A DNA stretch of 64,000 nucleotides from Spirochaetia bacterium (GCA_963668315.1 OY764216.1:2304001-2368000); one strand, 5' to 3'; shown: positions 30,391 to 38,771, counted from the first letter of the stretch. The notes: a model not told the origin generated them from the letters alone. Numbers and translations: made by a program.

Positions 30391-30981
30391 ATGGCGGAAT
30401 GCACGATTTGCGGTAAGGAAACGGAGTGGGAATATACCTGGGTGAAGGCCCGTTATCGGGAGACGGTTTCTGCCGAGCGGGAGGAAAAAATCCCCATTCT
30501 GGGCAGGAACTACCGGGCCGACGAGTCGCCTGAAGTGCGCAAGGTGGGAGAGGTCCGCCACTATTTCGAAAAGGTCGACGAGCTGACCGGGGGGCTGTGC
30601 GCAGAGTGCATGGCCCGGAAACGGAAGGACGACGGTTGGTTCCGGCTACCCTATTTTATCCTGCTGGCCGCGGCCGCGGGGGGAATGATTTTCGGGGGAG
30701 AGCATCCTCTGGTTCATCTGCTGTCCCTTTTTCTGCTTTTTATGACGCTGGTGGGGATCGCGATGCGAGTCGCCCGGTCCGTCAGCCATAACGATCAGAT
30801 CCGCGTGGCCGAGGCGATGGAAGGGTATTTCCTGGACGAGGACAAGGGGGGCGACGGGGTCACCATAACCAAACGGGAATTTCTGTACCGGCCGGTGAAG
30901 AGTCCGGAGCGGTTCGTGCTATTCAGTCCTGCCGAGTGGGAGGAGATGAAGAGTGATGATAAGGGGATTTATTTAGCGTAG
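30391..30981 (+). CDS. Hypothetical membrane protein with two CxxC motifs (putative Zn-binding)
   Basis: GGAGGAG RBS before ATG 30391. 'CTIC' and 'CAEC' motifs and two TM segments. Confidence 0.7.
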   Translation: MAECTICGKETEWEYTWVKARYRETVSAEREEKIPILGRNYRADESPEVRKVGEVRHYFEKVDELTGGLCAECMARKRKDDGWFRLPYFILLAAAAGGMIFGGEHPLVHLLSLFLLFMTLVGIAMRVARSVSHNDQIRVAEAMEGYFLDEDKGGDGVTITKREFLYRPVKSPERFVLFSPAEWEEMKSDDKGIYLA

Positions 30982-31011
30982 GAAAGCGGAGAGCAGAAGA
31001 AATAGAAGAGA

Positions 31012-31454
31012 TTTACCACGAAGGGCACGAAACGCACGAATGGTCGGTGTTTACTGATTTGCTGGGTTGACTTGCTATTTTAAGGTAATGTTTTTTTAGC
31101 GGATTTCGTGTATTTCGTGGTTGGGTTTGGGAATTTGACGGTTTCGTCTGATCCCATTGGTATGTTAAGGGTTTACCACGAAGCACGCGAAAGGCACGAA
31201 AGGTCGGGATTTGCTGTTTGGATGGGTTTGGCGGTTAGAGCTATTGTTGCCGTGAGGTTTCTTTTTTAGCGTATTTCGTGTTTTTCGTGGTTGAGTTTGA
31301 GCTTTTAGCTGTTTGATGATTGGTTGTTATTTTACCGCGAAGCACGCGAAAGTCACGAAAGTTGGGGATTTGCTGTCTGAACGGGTCTGGCGGTTAGAGC
31401 TGTAGTTGCCGAGCGATTTTCTTTTTTTAGCGTATTTCGTGATTTTCGTGGTTG
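31012..31454. repeat. Tandem array of three ~160-bp units, each an imperfect inverted repeat (ACCACGAA...TTCGTGGT)
   Basis: Left arms 'tttacc(a/g)cgaag...cgaaa..cacgaa' start at 31012, 31172 and 31331. Right arms 'ttttttagcg(g/t)atttcgtg..tttcgtggttg' end at 31123, 31293 and 31454. Period 160/159 bp. Confidence 0.92.
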
Positions 31455-31486
31455 TGCTTGATAATGTGACGGGCAGGGTTTTATTG

Positions 31487-31879
31487 TTATCCCGGCGGAT
31501 CAGTCATAATAACTCTTTCTATTGTAACTTTGGGATAGCTGCCGAAATTAACCAGAAGACCCAGTGAGCAATGGGAAATCTTCAGGTAGTTCATTAGTTG
31601 TGCTTTATCTCTTGATGACATGATCTTTTCTGATTTAATTTCCACAATAATTTTCCCATAGCAGATAAAATCACTGATGAAATGATGCTTAAGCACACCG
31701 TTTTTGTATTTTATATACATCTTATGCTGCGGTAGAAAAGGGATACTTCTCTCTGCTAATTCTTTTTCCAGGGCTTCCTGATATACTGATTCAAGAAAAC
31801 CATGGCCAAGCTGGTAATATACTTCATAAATAGCACCTTGAATGGCATAGACTTCTTGTTTGAATAGTAACTTTTCCAT
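31487..31879 (-). CDS. GxxExxY protein (PD-(D/E)XK nuclease-like family, function unknown)
   Basis: 130 aa with 'LGHGFLESVYQEAL' (GxxExxY), 'SDFICYGKIIVEIKS' (D...ExK), 'AQLMNYLK', 'LGLLVNFG'. RBS GGGGAG. AT-rich relative to its neighbours. Confidence 0.92.
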   Translation of the reverse strand: MEKLLFKQEVYAIQGAIYEVYYQLGHGFLESVYQEALEKELAERSIPFLPQHKMYIKYKNGVLKHHFISDFICYGKIIVEIKSEKIMSSRDKAQLMNYLKISHCSLGLLVNFGSYPKVTIERVIMTDPPG

Positions 31880-31953
31880 TTGGTCTCCCCCAGTATAAGA
31901 GATGGGAAATTACCAAAATAATCATCTCTGACAGTATTATGGTAGGAAAAATC

Positions 31954-31981
31954 ACCGAGAAGCACGCGTATTTCGTGGTTG
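31954..31981. repeat. Collapsed fourth repeat unit (left arm fused directly to right arm)
   Basis: accgagaagcacgcg + tatttcgtggttg: the left-arm start of units 2/3 joined to the right-arm sequence at the shared 'gcg', with no loop. Confidence 0.75.
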
Positions 31982-32005
31982 TTCATGAATATCTGACGGG
32001 TCAAG

Positions 32006-32713
32006 TTAAATGATCACAGGCGGATCTGTCATGAGCGCCTTGAACATATTCAGTTTTTTTTCCGATGAGCCGCCAGTCATATTTTCCAGGTGCTCCCTCA
32101 TCTCTTTTCTGCGGGATTCTTCCCGTTCCCAGGGGCAGCATGTGGGAGGAATAATAACCTTTTGCTCTTGAATCCATTTTTCCACGACAGCTTCCTGAGC
32201 CAGAATGAGGGGACGGATAATTCTTATATTTCTGCCTCCCTCAAGTGGATAGGTTCGGAGGGGGAGGAGGGGATCGATACGGCTTTGGTATACCAGATTC
32301 ATGAGAAAGGTTTCCAGGCAGTCTTCCATATGGTGACCAAGAGCGACTGAAGAGAAATCCTCCTGTGACGCATAGGTAAGAAGAGCTTTTCGTCTGAGTC
32401 GGGCACACAGGGAACAGCTCATGCCTTCTTCCCGCGGATTCAGAGGTATCTCATGATAGGGAATGCCCCACTGTTCACAGAGCTTTCTGTTGCGAAGGGA
32501 GATATCCTCATTTTCCCAGGGCGCTTTTACGTGAACGGCCTTCGTCGTGAAGGGGATAGGACCGGATTGCCCCAGGGGAGGGAGAAAGCGGGCGAGGGCC
32601 AGGGAATCTTTGCCTCCCGAGAGGGCGATGAGGACCCTGTCCTCTCTTGTGACGAGATCATATTCGCCAATGGCGCGGTTGATTCTTTTAGGCAGCAGTT
32701 TGTCCGGTTTCAT
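32006..32713 (-). CDS. ttcA: tRNA 2-thiocytidine biosynthesis TtcA-family PP-loop ATPase
   Basis: 'ALSGGKDS', 'CSLCARLRR', 'ALGHHMED', 'IIRPL', 'CCP'. RBS GGAG. Confidence 0.8.
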   Translation of the reverse strand: MKPDKLLPKRINRAIGEYDLVTREDRVLIALSGGKDSLALARFLPPLGQSGPIPFTTKAVHVKAPWENEDISLRNRKLCEQWGIPYHEIPLNPREEGMSCSLCARLRRKALLTYASQEDFSSVALGHHMEDCLETFLMNLVYQSRIDPLLPLRTYPLEGGRNIRIIRPLILAQEAVVEKWIQEQKVIIPPTCCPWEREESRRKEMREHLENMTGGSSEKKLNMFKALMTDPPVII

Positions 32714-33035
32714 TTTCTCCCACAGGTATACCGATATCCGGATCTCCCTTGATGTTCCATTGGTTTTTTCTAGTCGGATAGGGAGGGCGGAATCGTGTTA
32801 CGCAGATAGACATTTCTCTTTGAGTCATATGGCCGATTCCCTCCATTTCCTATGGTAAGAGAAAAACCCCTCAATGAAAAGGTTTTGCCTTCACAAGGCC
32901 TCTCTTTTTACATTAAAACTGATTTTTTCGCTAAATTCGGACATATGGAGACGGAAGACCTTGAGGAAACATCCCGTATCTGTTAGCTTTCTGACCCATT
33001 ATCTATCACATAATTAAGGATTTCCCTGCTTTTTC

Positions 33036-34703
33036 ATGAAAAATCACAACGATCTCTTTTTTCCCATCCTGGTTTCAAAACCGAGAAACCTGAAGAATGA
33101 TGTATTATCGGGCCTGACTGTGGCTCTCGCCCTGGTCCCCGAAGCCATAGCCTTCGCCTTTATTCTGGGGATAGACCCCGTTATCGGTCTTCATGCCGCC
33201 TTTATGATGGGATTGATATCATCCCTTGTGGGAGGCCGGCCCGGGATGATATCCGGAGCGACAGGAGCGGTTGCCGTTATTCTCCAGCCTCTTGTCAAAG
33301 AGCAGCTGGAACAGGGGGGAATGGAAGCGGCCCTGGGCTACCTTTTTGCGGCTGTGTTTCTCATGGGTATTCTCCAGGTCCTCTTCGGGGTGCTGAAACT
33401 GGGCAAGCTGATTCGTCTGGTGCCCCATCCGGTCATGCTGGGTTTCGTCAACGGACTGGCCATCGTCATTTTCCGTTCACAGCTGGAGATGTTCCATCTT
33501 GAGGGGAATCTGGCTTCCCATGAGAAGACTGTCATCTGGGCCGTCATGGGAAGTTTGATTCTTCTGACCATGGCGATTAGTCATTTTATGCCTAAAATAA
33601 CGAAGGCCGTTCCGGCGACGCTGACTGCACTGGTTGTCGTGAGCCTTATCAGCTTTTTTCTCAACCGCCGGGGAATAGAGGTGAAAACAGTCATCGATTT
33701 TGTCCATTCCAAGGATCCTTCCAAGGTAACTCTGGCCGCTTCGCTTCCCCGGTTCTCCCTTCCCGGCGTCCCGTTTACTCTGGAGACTCTGCGGATTATC
33801 TTTCCCTATTCCGTTCTGGCCGCTTCGGTCGGTCTGATCGAATCCCTTATGACACTGACTCTGGTGGATGAGCTGACTGAGACCAGAGGGCATGGTAATC
33901 AGGAGTGCGTGGGGCAGGGAATTGCCAATATTATCAACGGGCTTTTCGGCGGTATGGGCGGCTGCGCCATGATAGGGCAGAGTGTCATTAACACGAGAGC
34001 CGGCGGTCGGGGACGGACTTCCGGATTTACCGCGGCCCTGTGTCTCTTGGGGTTTGTCCTTTTCGCCGCCCCCCTTATTGAGCAGATTCCCCTGGCCGCC
34101 CTGGTCGGTGTCATGTTCATGGTTGTTATAGGCACCTTTGAGTGGTCAAGCTTCCGCATTATCAAAGGAGTAAAGACATCGGACGCCCTGGTGATTATTC
34201 TCGTTTCCGCCATAACTGTCATAATCAATCTGGCTGTCGCCGTGGCTGTAGGGATTATCTTCTCTGCTCTGGTCTTTGCCTGGGAGAAGGGAAAACAGAT
34301 GGATGCCCGGGCCTATACGGATAAATTCGGGTATAAGATCTATCCCTTGACCGGCTCCCTTTTCTTTGGCTCGGCCCGTTCCTTCAGGGAGCTGTTCGAC
34401 TTTGACGGCGATCCTCTGGATGTGGTAATCGATTTCTCCTCATCCCGCGTGTATGACCATTCCGGCCTGGAGGCCATAGGCTTTGTGGCGGAAAAGTACG
34501 GACAGGCGGGGAAGAAGCTCCATCTTCTTAATCTGAGCGAAGAGTGCCGGTCTCTGCTGAAAAAGGCTGATAATATTGTAGAGGTGACCGTTATAGAGGG
34601 GCTCAACCACCATCTGGCCGATGATGAGCTGGCCTGGGGACAGGGATTGAGGCTGATGGACCGGCTTAAAAAAAGAAACGCCCGGGGCTCCTTACAGGTA
34701 TGA
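33036..34703 (+). CDS. SulP-family anion transporter with STAS domain
   Basis: 'LSGLTVALALVPEAIAFA', 'GGRPGMISGATGA', 'GLIESLMT', 'GGMGGCAMIGQS', C-terminal STAS 'GSLFFGS...DHSGLEA'. Confidence 0.93.
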   Translation: MKNHNDLFFPILVSKPRNLKNDVLSGLTVALALVPEAIAFAFILGIDPVIGLHAAFMMGLISSLVGGRPGMISGATGAVAVILQPLVKEQLEQGGMEAALGYLFAAVFLMGILQVLFGVLKLGKLIRLVPHPVMLGFVNGLAIVIFRSQLEMFHLEGNLASHEKTVIWAVMGSLILLTMAISHFMPKITKAVPATLTALVVVSLISFFLNRRGIEVKTVIDFVHSKDPSKVTLAASLPRFSLPGVPFTLETLRIIFPYSVLAASVGLIESLMTLTLVDELTETRGHGNQECVGQGIANIINGLFGGMGGCAMIGQSVINTRAGGRGRTSGFTAALCLLGFVLFAAPLIEQIPLAALVGVMFMVVIGTFEWSSFRIIKGVKTSDALVIILVSAITVIINLAVAVAVGIIFSALVFAWEKGKQMDARAYTDKFGYKIYPLTGSLFFGSARSFRELFDFDGDPLDVVIDFSSSRVYDHSGLEAIGFVAEKYGQAGKKLHLLNLSEECRSLLKKADNIVEVTVIEGLNHHLADDELAWGQGLRLMDRLKKRNARGSLQV

Positions 34704-34781
34704 ACTATCCCGGCAAAATATAAGTAAACGGCTTTTCCTCCCCTTCCATTCATGGTAGATTAGGAAAACAGGGGGGAATAC

Positions 34782-35477
34782 ATGAAAAACATAGGACTTC
34801 TGGGCGGGATGAGCTGGGAATCATCCGTCCATTATTATCGTATTCTGAATGAGGGAATCCGCGCAAAAATGGGGGGTGTCCATTCCGCCGTCTGTCTGCT
34901 TAAATCGGTGGATTTCGGCCTGATTGATGATCTTCAACATCAAGGGAAGTGGGAGGAACTGACCGAACTCATGATAAGGGAAGCCCGTAGTCTGGAAGAG
35001 GGCGGTGCCGATTGTCTTCTTATCTGCACAAATACCATGCACCTTATGGCTCCCCAGGTTCAAGACGCTCTTTCCATCCCTCTTCTCCACATAGCCGACA
35101 CCGCCGGAGAAGCTCTTGCCCGGGACGGGAGAAGCCGTGTGGCCCTTCTGGGAACCCGGTTTACCATGGAAAAGGATTTTTATACCAAACGGATCAGGGA
35201 GAAATACGGAGTGGAGGTGTTTATTCCCTCCGATGAGGACCGGGAGACCGTTCATAATACGATATACGGCGAACTGGTGAAGGGAATCTTCAAGGATGAA
35301 TCACGCCAGCGTTTTTCCGGGATTATCAATCGGCTGGCAGACGAGGGGGCGGAAGGCGTGATCCTGGGCTGTACCGAGATCCCTCTGCTTATCCAGCAGG
35401 AACACAGCGTCCTTCCCCTTTACAACACAATGGAAATTCATGCCCGCGCCGCTCTGGACTGGGCTCTGCAGGAATAG
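34782..35477 (+). CDS. Aspartate/glutamate racemase family protein (YgeA/RacX-like)
   Basis: 'IGLLGGMSWESS', 'ICTNTMH', 'ILGCTEIPLL' (two catalytic Cys). Confidence 0.93.
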   Translation: MKNIGLLGGMSWESSVHYYRILNEGIRAKMGGVHSAVCLLKSVDFGLIDDLQHQGKWEELTELMIREARSLEEGGADCLLICTNTMHLMAPQVQDALSIPLLHIADTAGEALARDGRSRVALLGTRFTMEKDFYTKRIREKYGVEVFIPSDEDRETVHNTIYGELVKGIFKDESRQRFSGIINRLADEGAEGVILGCTEIPLLIQQEHSVLPLYNTMEIHARAALDWALQE

Positions 35478-35480
35478 GAG

Positions 35481-36959
35481 GTGAATGACATGGGTGATAA
35501 GGAGACGAAATCAAGCATTCAGATAGGATTGCGGTCCTTTGTTACCGCCTGCGCCATTCTTCTGACCCTGATGGTATTGTCAGGGATTCTGACGAAGGTC
35601 ATCCCTTCCGGCGCTTACGAACGGGTCGAAATCGAAGGACGGAGTATGGTTGTTCAGGACTCCTACCGGGAGACGGGGAAGCCCGATTATCCCGTCTGGC
35701 GCTGGTTTACCGCTCCGGCGGAAGTTTTCTGGGGGGACAACTGGCTCATGGTGATGGTTCTTTCCCTGTTTATGATCTTCATCGGAGGGGCTTTTACGGT
35801 AATGGAGAAGGGGAGGATCATCGAGTCAATCATGGCATTGCTTATAGACCGGTTCAGGAAGCGGAAATATCTCCTGATGGGGGTGATCATGTTCGTCATG
35901 ATGTTTCTTGCCTCGGTTATCGGAATCTACGAGGCCATGATTCCCACCATCATATTTATCGTGCCCCTCTCTCTGGCTCTGGGATGGGACTCCCTGGTGG
36001 GACTCGGGATGACCCTGCTGGCCCTCTCCTTCGGTTTTTCCGCGGCGATAACCAATCCCTTTACCATCGGGGTCGCCCAGAATCTGGCCGATCTGCCCCT
36101 GTTCTCCGGCTCCTGGCTCAGGGTGATTTTCTTTGTTGTCATTTACTGCCTGGGATTTCTGTACGTCTACCGCTACGCCCGGAAAATCGAAGCGAATCCG
36201 GAGAAATCTCTGAGTTATAAAGAGGATGAGGCTATCAGACACCGCTATTCCGCCGAGAAGCTTCTGGCGAATCTGGCCCATGCTCAGGACAGAAAAATGA
36301 AAAAGGCGATCGTGAGTTTTTCCGTCTGCCTGGGACTGGCTCTGGCCGTTCTTTTTTTTGCCGCCCTTTCTCCGGGGATTCCCACGGATTACGCCTTTCC
36401 CGTTCTTTCGATCCTTTTCCTCCTGGGCGGAATCCTGGCGGGACGGGCTGTGGATATAAGAGGACTAAATCTCATGAAAACCCTGGGGCAGGGAGCATTG
36501 AGCATGGCGCCGGGGATTCTCCTCATCGTCATGGCCATGAGTATTCCCCATATCATGACCCGGGGCGGCGTTATGGATACGATTCTGTTTCGTGCCGGAA
36601 AGATAATCGGGGGAACGGGGCTCTATGCCGCCGGCTTTCTGGTTTATCTGCTTACCCTGATCCTGAATTTCTTCATTTCCAGCGCTTCGGCCAAGGCTTT
36701 TCTGATCATGCCGATTCTTGTCCCCCTGGCGGATCTTCTAAACCTTACCAGACAGACTGTTATTCTGGCCTTTGATCTGGGGGACGGCTTCAGCAATATC
36801 ATCTTTCCCACCAACGCTCTCTTGCTGATCGCCCTGGGATTTACCAGTATCAGCTATACCCGGTGGATCAAATGGACCTGGAAGATTCAGCTCGCCATCT
36901 TCTCCCTGTCCATGGTCTTCCTGGCCTTTGCCGTGAAGATAGGATTCGGGCCGTTTTGA
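35481..36959 (+). CDS. YfcC/DcuC-like (C4-dicarboxylate anaerobic carrier family) membrane transporter
   Basis: Multi-TM protein with 'IPSGAYER', 'NPFTIGVAQ', 'LAFDLGDGFSNIIFPT'. Confidence 0.85.
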   Translation: MNDMGDKETKSSIQIGLRSFVTACAILLTLMVLSGILTKVIPSGAYERVEIEGRSMVVQDSYRETGKPDYPVWRWFTAPAEVFWGDNWLMVMVLSLFMIFIGGAFTVMEKGRIIESIMALLIDRFRKRKYLLMGVIMFVMMFLASVIGIYEAMIPTIIFIVPLSLALGWDSLVGLGMTLLALSFGFSAAITNPFTIGVAQNLADLPLFSGSWLRVIFFVVIYCLGFLYVYRYARKIEANPEKSLSYKEDEAIRHRYSAEKLLANLAHAQDRKMKKAIVSFSVCLGLALAVLFFAALSPGIPTDYAFPVLSILFLLGGILAGRAVDIRGLNLMKTLGQGALSMAPGILLIVMAMSIPHIMTRGGVMDTILFRAGKIIGGTGLYAAGFLVYLLTLILNFFISSASAKAFLIMPILVPLADLLNLTRQTVILAFDLGDGFSNIIFPTNALLLIALGFTSISYTRWIKWTWKIQLAIFSLSMVFLAFAVKIGFGPF

Positions 36960-37199
36960 CAGAGAATCGGCAGAAGGGAAAAAAGCAGGAATCTACTCAT
37001 AGGTAGAATGTACAAAAAAGACTGGCCATATGCGTAAAACAGATATATAATGTCCTCTATTGCCGTATATCGAAGATATATCGATTTATAACGGAGAAAT
37101 AATAAATAAAGCCCTATTGATAACTCAAATCAACCATGCTGCTGATGGGCAAATAGGAACAATTCTTTTTCCAATCGAAATTAAAAATGGGAGTTACAA

Positions 37200-38606
37200 G
37201 TGGAAAAAATTACTCAAATTATCAGTGCGGTCAACGGTTTCGCCTGGGGGCCGGTCATGATTGTATTTCTTGTGGGAACGGGTATTCTTCTGTCTCTGGG
37301 TACTGGATTCCTGCAATTCAGAAAACTGGGGACAGCCTTCCGTCTTCTTTTTTCAAAGAAACATGAGGGGGAAGGGGATATAACCCCTTTTCAGGCTCTG
37401 ATGACCTCCCTGTCCGCGACCATCGGCACGGGCAATATCGCCGGAGTGGCCACAGCCATCGTTATGGGCGGTCCCGGCGCTGTTTTCTGGATGTGGGTTA
37501 CCGCCGCCTTCGGGGGAGCCACCAAATTCGGAGAGGCCGTTCTGGCCGTACGCTACAGGGAAATCAATGAGAAGGGCGAGCAGTCAGGCGGACCCATGTA
37601 CTATATTAAAAACGGCATGAAAGAGAAATTCGGGGGAAACTGGAGCTGGCTCGGCTGGCTGTTCGCCCTGTTCGGCGTGGTGGCTTCCTTCGGTATCGGA
37701 TGTATGGTTCAGTCCAACTCCGTCGCTTCCGCCCTGAATCTGAGCTTCGGCCTTCCCGTTCTTATTTCAGGAATCGCCATCGCCGCTCTGGCCGGACTCG
37801 TCATCCTGGGCGGGATTAAATCCATTGCCGGTTTCGCCTCTAAAATCGTTCCCTTTATGGCCCTTTTCTATGTACTGGCTTCCCTGTTCGTTCTCGTTTC
37901 ACGGGGGAATTTGATTCCCCAGGCTTTCGGAATGATTTTTTCCCACGCCTTCAACAGCAACGCAGTCTCTGGAGGTCTTATCGGTACGGTTATCCGCTTC
38001 GGGGTCGCCCGGGGCGTTTTCTCCAATGAAGCCGGCCTGGGAAGCGCGCCCATCGCCCATGCGGCGTCCTCCAATGACAACCCCTATACGCAGGGGCTGA
38101 TCGCGTCTCTCGGCTCCTTTATTGATACCCTGGTCGTCTGTACCATGACGGCCCTGGTTATTCTGATATCCGGCACGGTTGCCATCGGATCGGACGGTCT
38201 CTTTCAAGCGGCCGGAGGTCTCAACGGTGCCGCTCTGACGACGGAAGCCTACAATTCCGTTCTTCCCGGCATCGGGCGCTATGTCGTTTCCATCGGAATC
38301 ATCTTCTTTGCGTTCTCCACCATACTCGGATGGTTCTATTACGGATCCAAATGTCTGGAATATATCGCCGGGGTCAGGGCCGTCATCTTCTATAAAGTTC
38401 TGTATATCCTCTTCGCGCTGGTGGGTGCTGTTCTCAAAATCGGTATCGTCTGGGATCTTTCCGACACTTTCAACGGATTAATGGCTATTCCCAACCTGAT
38501 TGCTCTGATCTCCCTGAGTTCCATTATCTTTGCAACAGCCAGGAAGGGAAGAGTCGATCTGGAGGATTCCCTGCCGGGAAACATGGCCGCCGAATTTTCC
38601 TCATAG
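37200..38606 (+). CDS. Alanine/glycine:cation symporter (AGCS, AlsT-like)
   Basis: 'SATIGTGNIAGVA', 'GGPGAVFWMW', 'GGPMYYI', 'RGVFSNEAGLGSAP', 'FIDTLVVCTMT'. GTG start with GGGAG RBS. Confidence 0.94.
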   Translation: MEKITQIISAVNGFAWGPVMIVFLVGTGILLSLGTGFLQFRKLGTAFRLLFSKKHEGEGDITPFQALMTSLSATIGTGNIAGVATAIVMGGPGAVFWMWVTAAFGGATKFGEAVLAVRYREINEKGEQSGGPMYYIKNGMKEKFGGNWSWLGWLFALFGVVASFGIGCMVQSNSVASALNLSFGLPVLISGIAIAALAGLVILGGIKSIAGFASKIVPFMALFYVLASLFVLVSRGNLIPQAFGMIFSHAFNSNAVSGGLIGTVIRFGVARGVFSNEAGLGSAPIAHAASSNDNPYTQGLIASLGSFIDTLVVCTMTALVILISGTVAIGSDGLFQAAGGLNGAALTTEAYNSVLPGIGRYVVSIGIIFFAFSTILGWFYYGSKCLEYIAGVRAVIFYKVLYILFALVGAVLKIGIVWDLSDTFNGLMAIPNLIALISLSSIIFATARKGRVDLEDSLPGNMAAEFSS

Positions 38607-38771
38607 AGCCTTAACGGGATGGATACCCGGTTCCCTTTGGGTCCGGGGATCCCCTATAAATGAACCGTACTGTGTTTTAACCGTTTATTGATTTTTCCTT
38701 AACCGATTAATAATGATTCCCTATCATTCTTTTCTTCATAATTTCGCCGGAAACCCGGCGCGGAGGAAAAG

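Noticed and set aside
30184..30561. 125-aa minus-strand ORF
   Set aside because: It is antisense to the RBS-supported 30391 gene and runs through the GC-rich structured element, so it is probably spurious.
31012..31454. CRISPR array
   Set aside because: The period is ~160 bp with alternating inverted arms, the intervening loops of units 2 and 3 are homologous rather than unique spacers, and there are no cas genes in the window.
31756..32004. 82-aa ORF upstream of and overlapping the GxxExxY gene
   Set aside because: It overlaps the GxxExxY gene out of frame. Its 'NHEIR' segment is just the translated repeat arm, and it has no recognisable motif.
31012..32032. Integron attC cassette array or IS element
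   Set aside because: No clear RYYYAAC...GTTRRRY core pairs at the unit ends, no ORFs between the units, and no integrase or transposase in the window.
32714..33035. Riboswitch or sRNA in the ttcA-sulP intergenic region
   Set aside because: No recognisable aptamer consensus or strong stem; it looks like ordinary divergent promoter DNA.
36960..37199. Glycine riboswitch, or the 66-aa ORF at 37060, upstream of the Ala/Gly symporter
   Set aside because: The region is AT-rich and lacks the GGAGA...CCGAAG...CTCTCAGG aptamer blocks. Only a weak atcga/tcgat palindrome is present, and the ORF has no RBS or motif.
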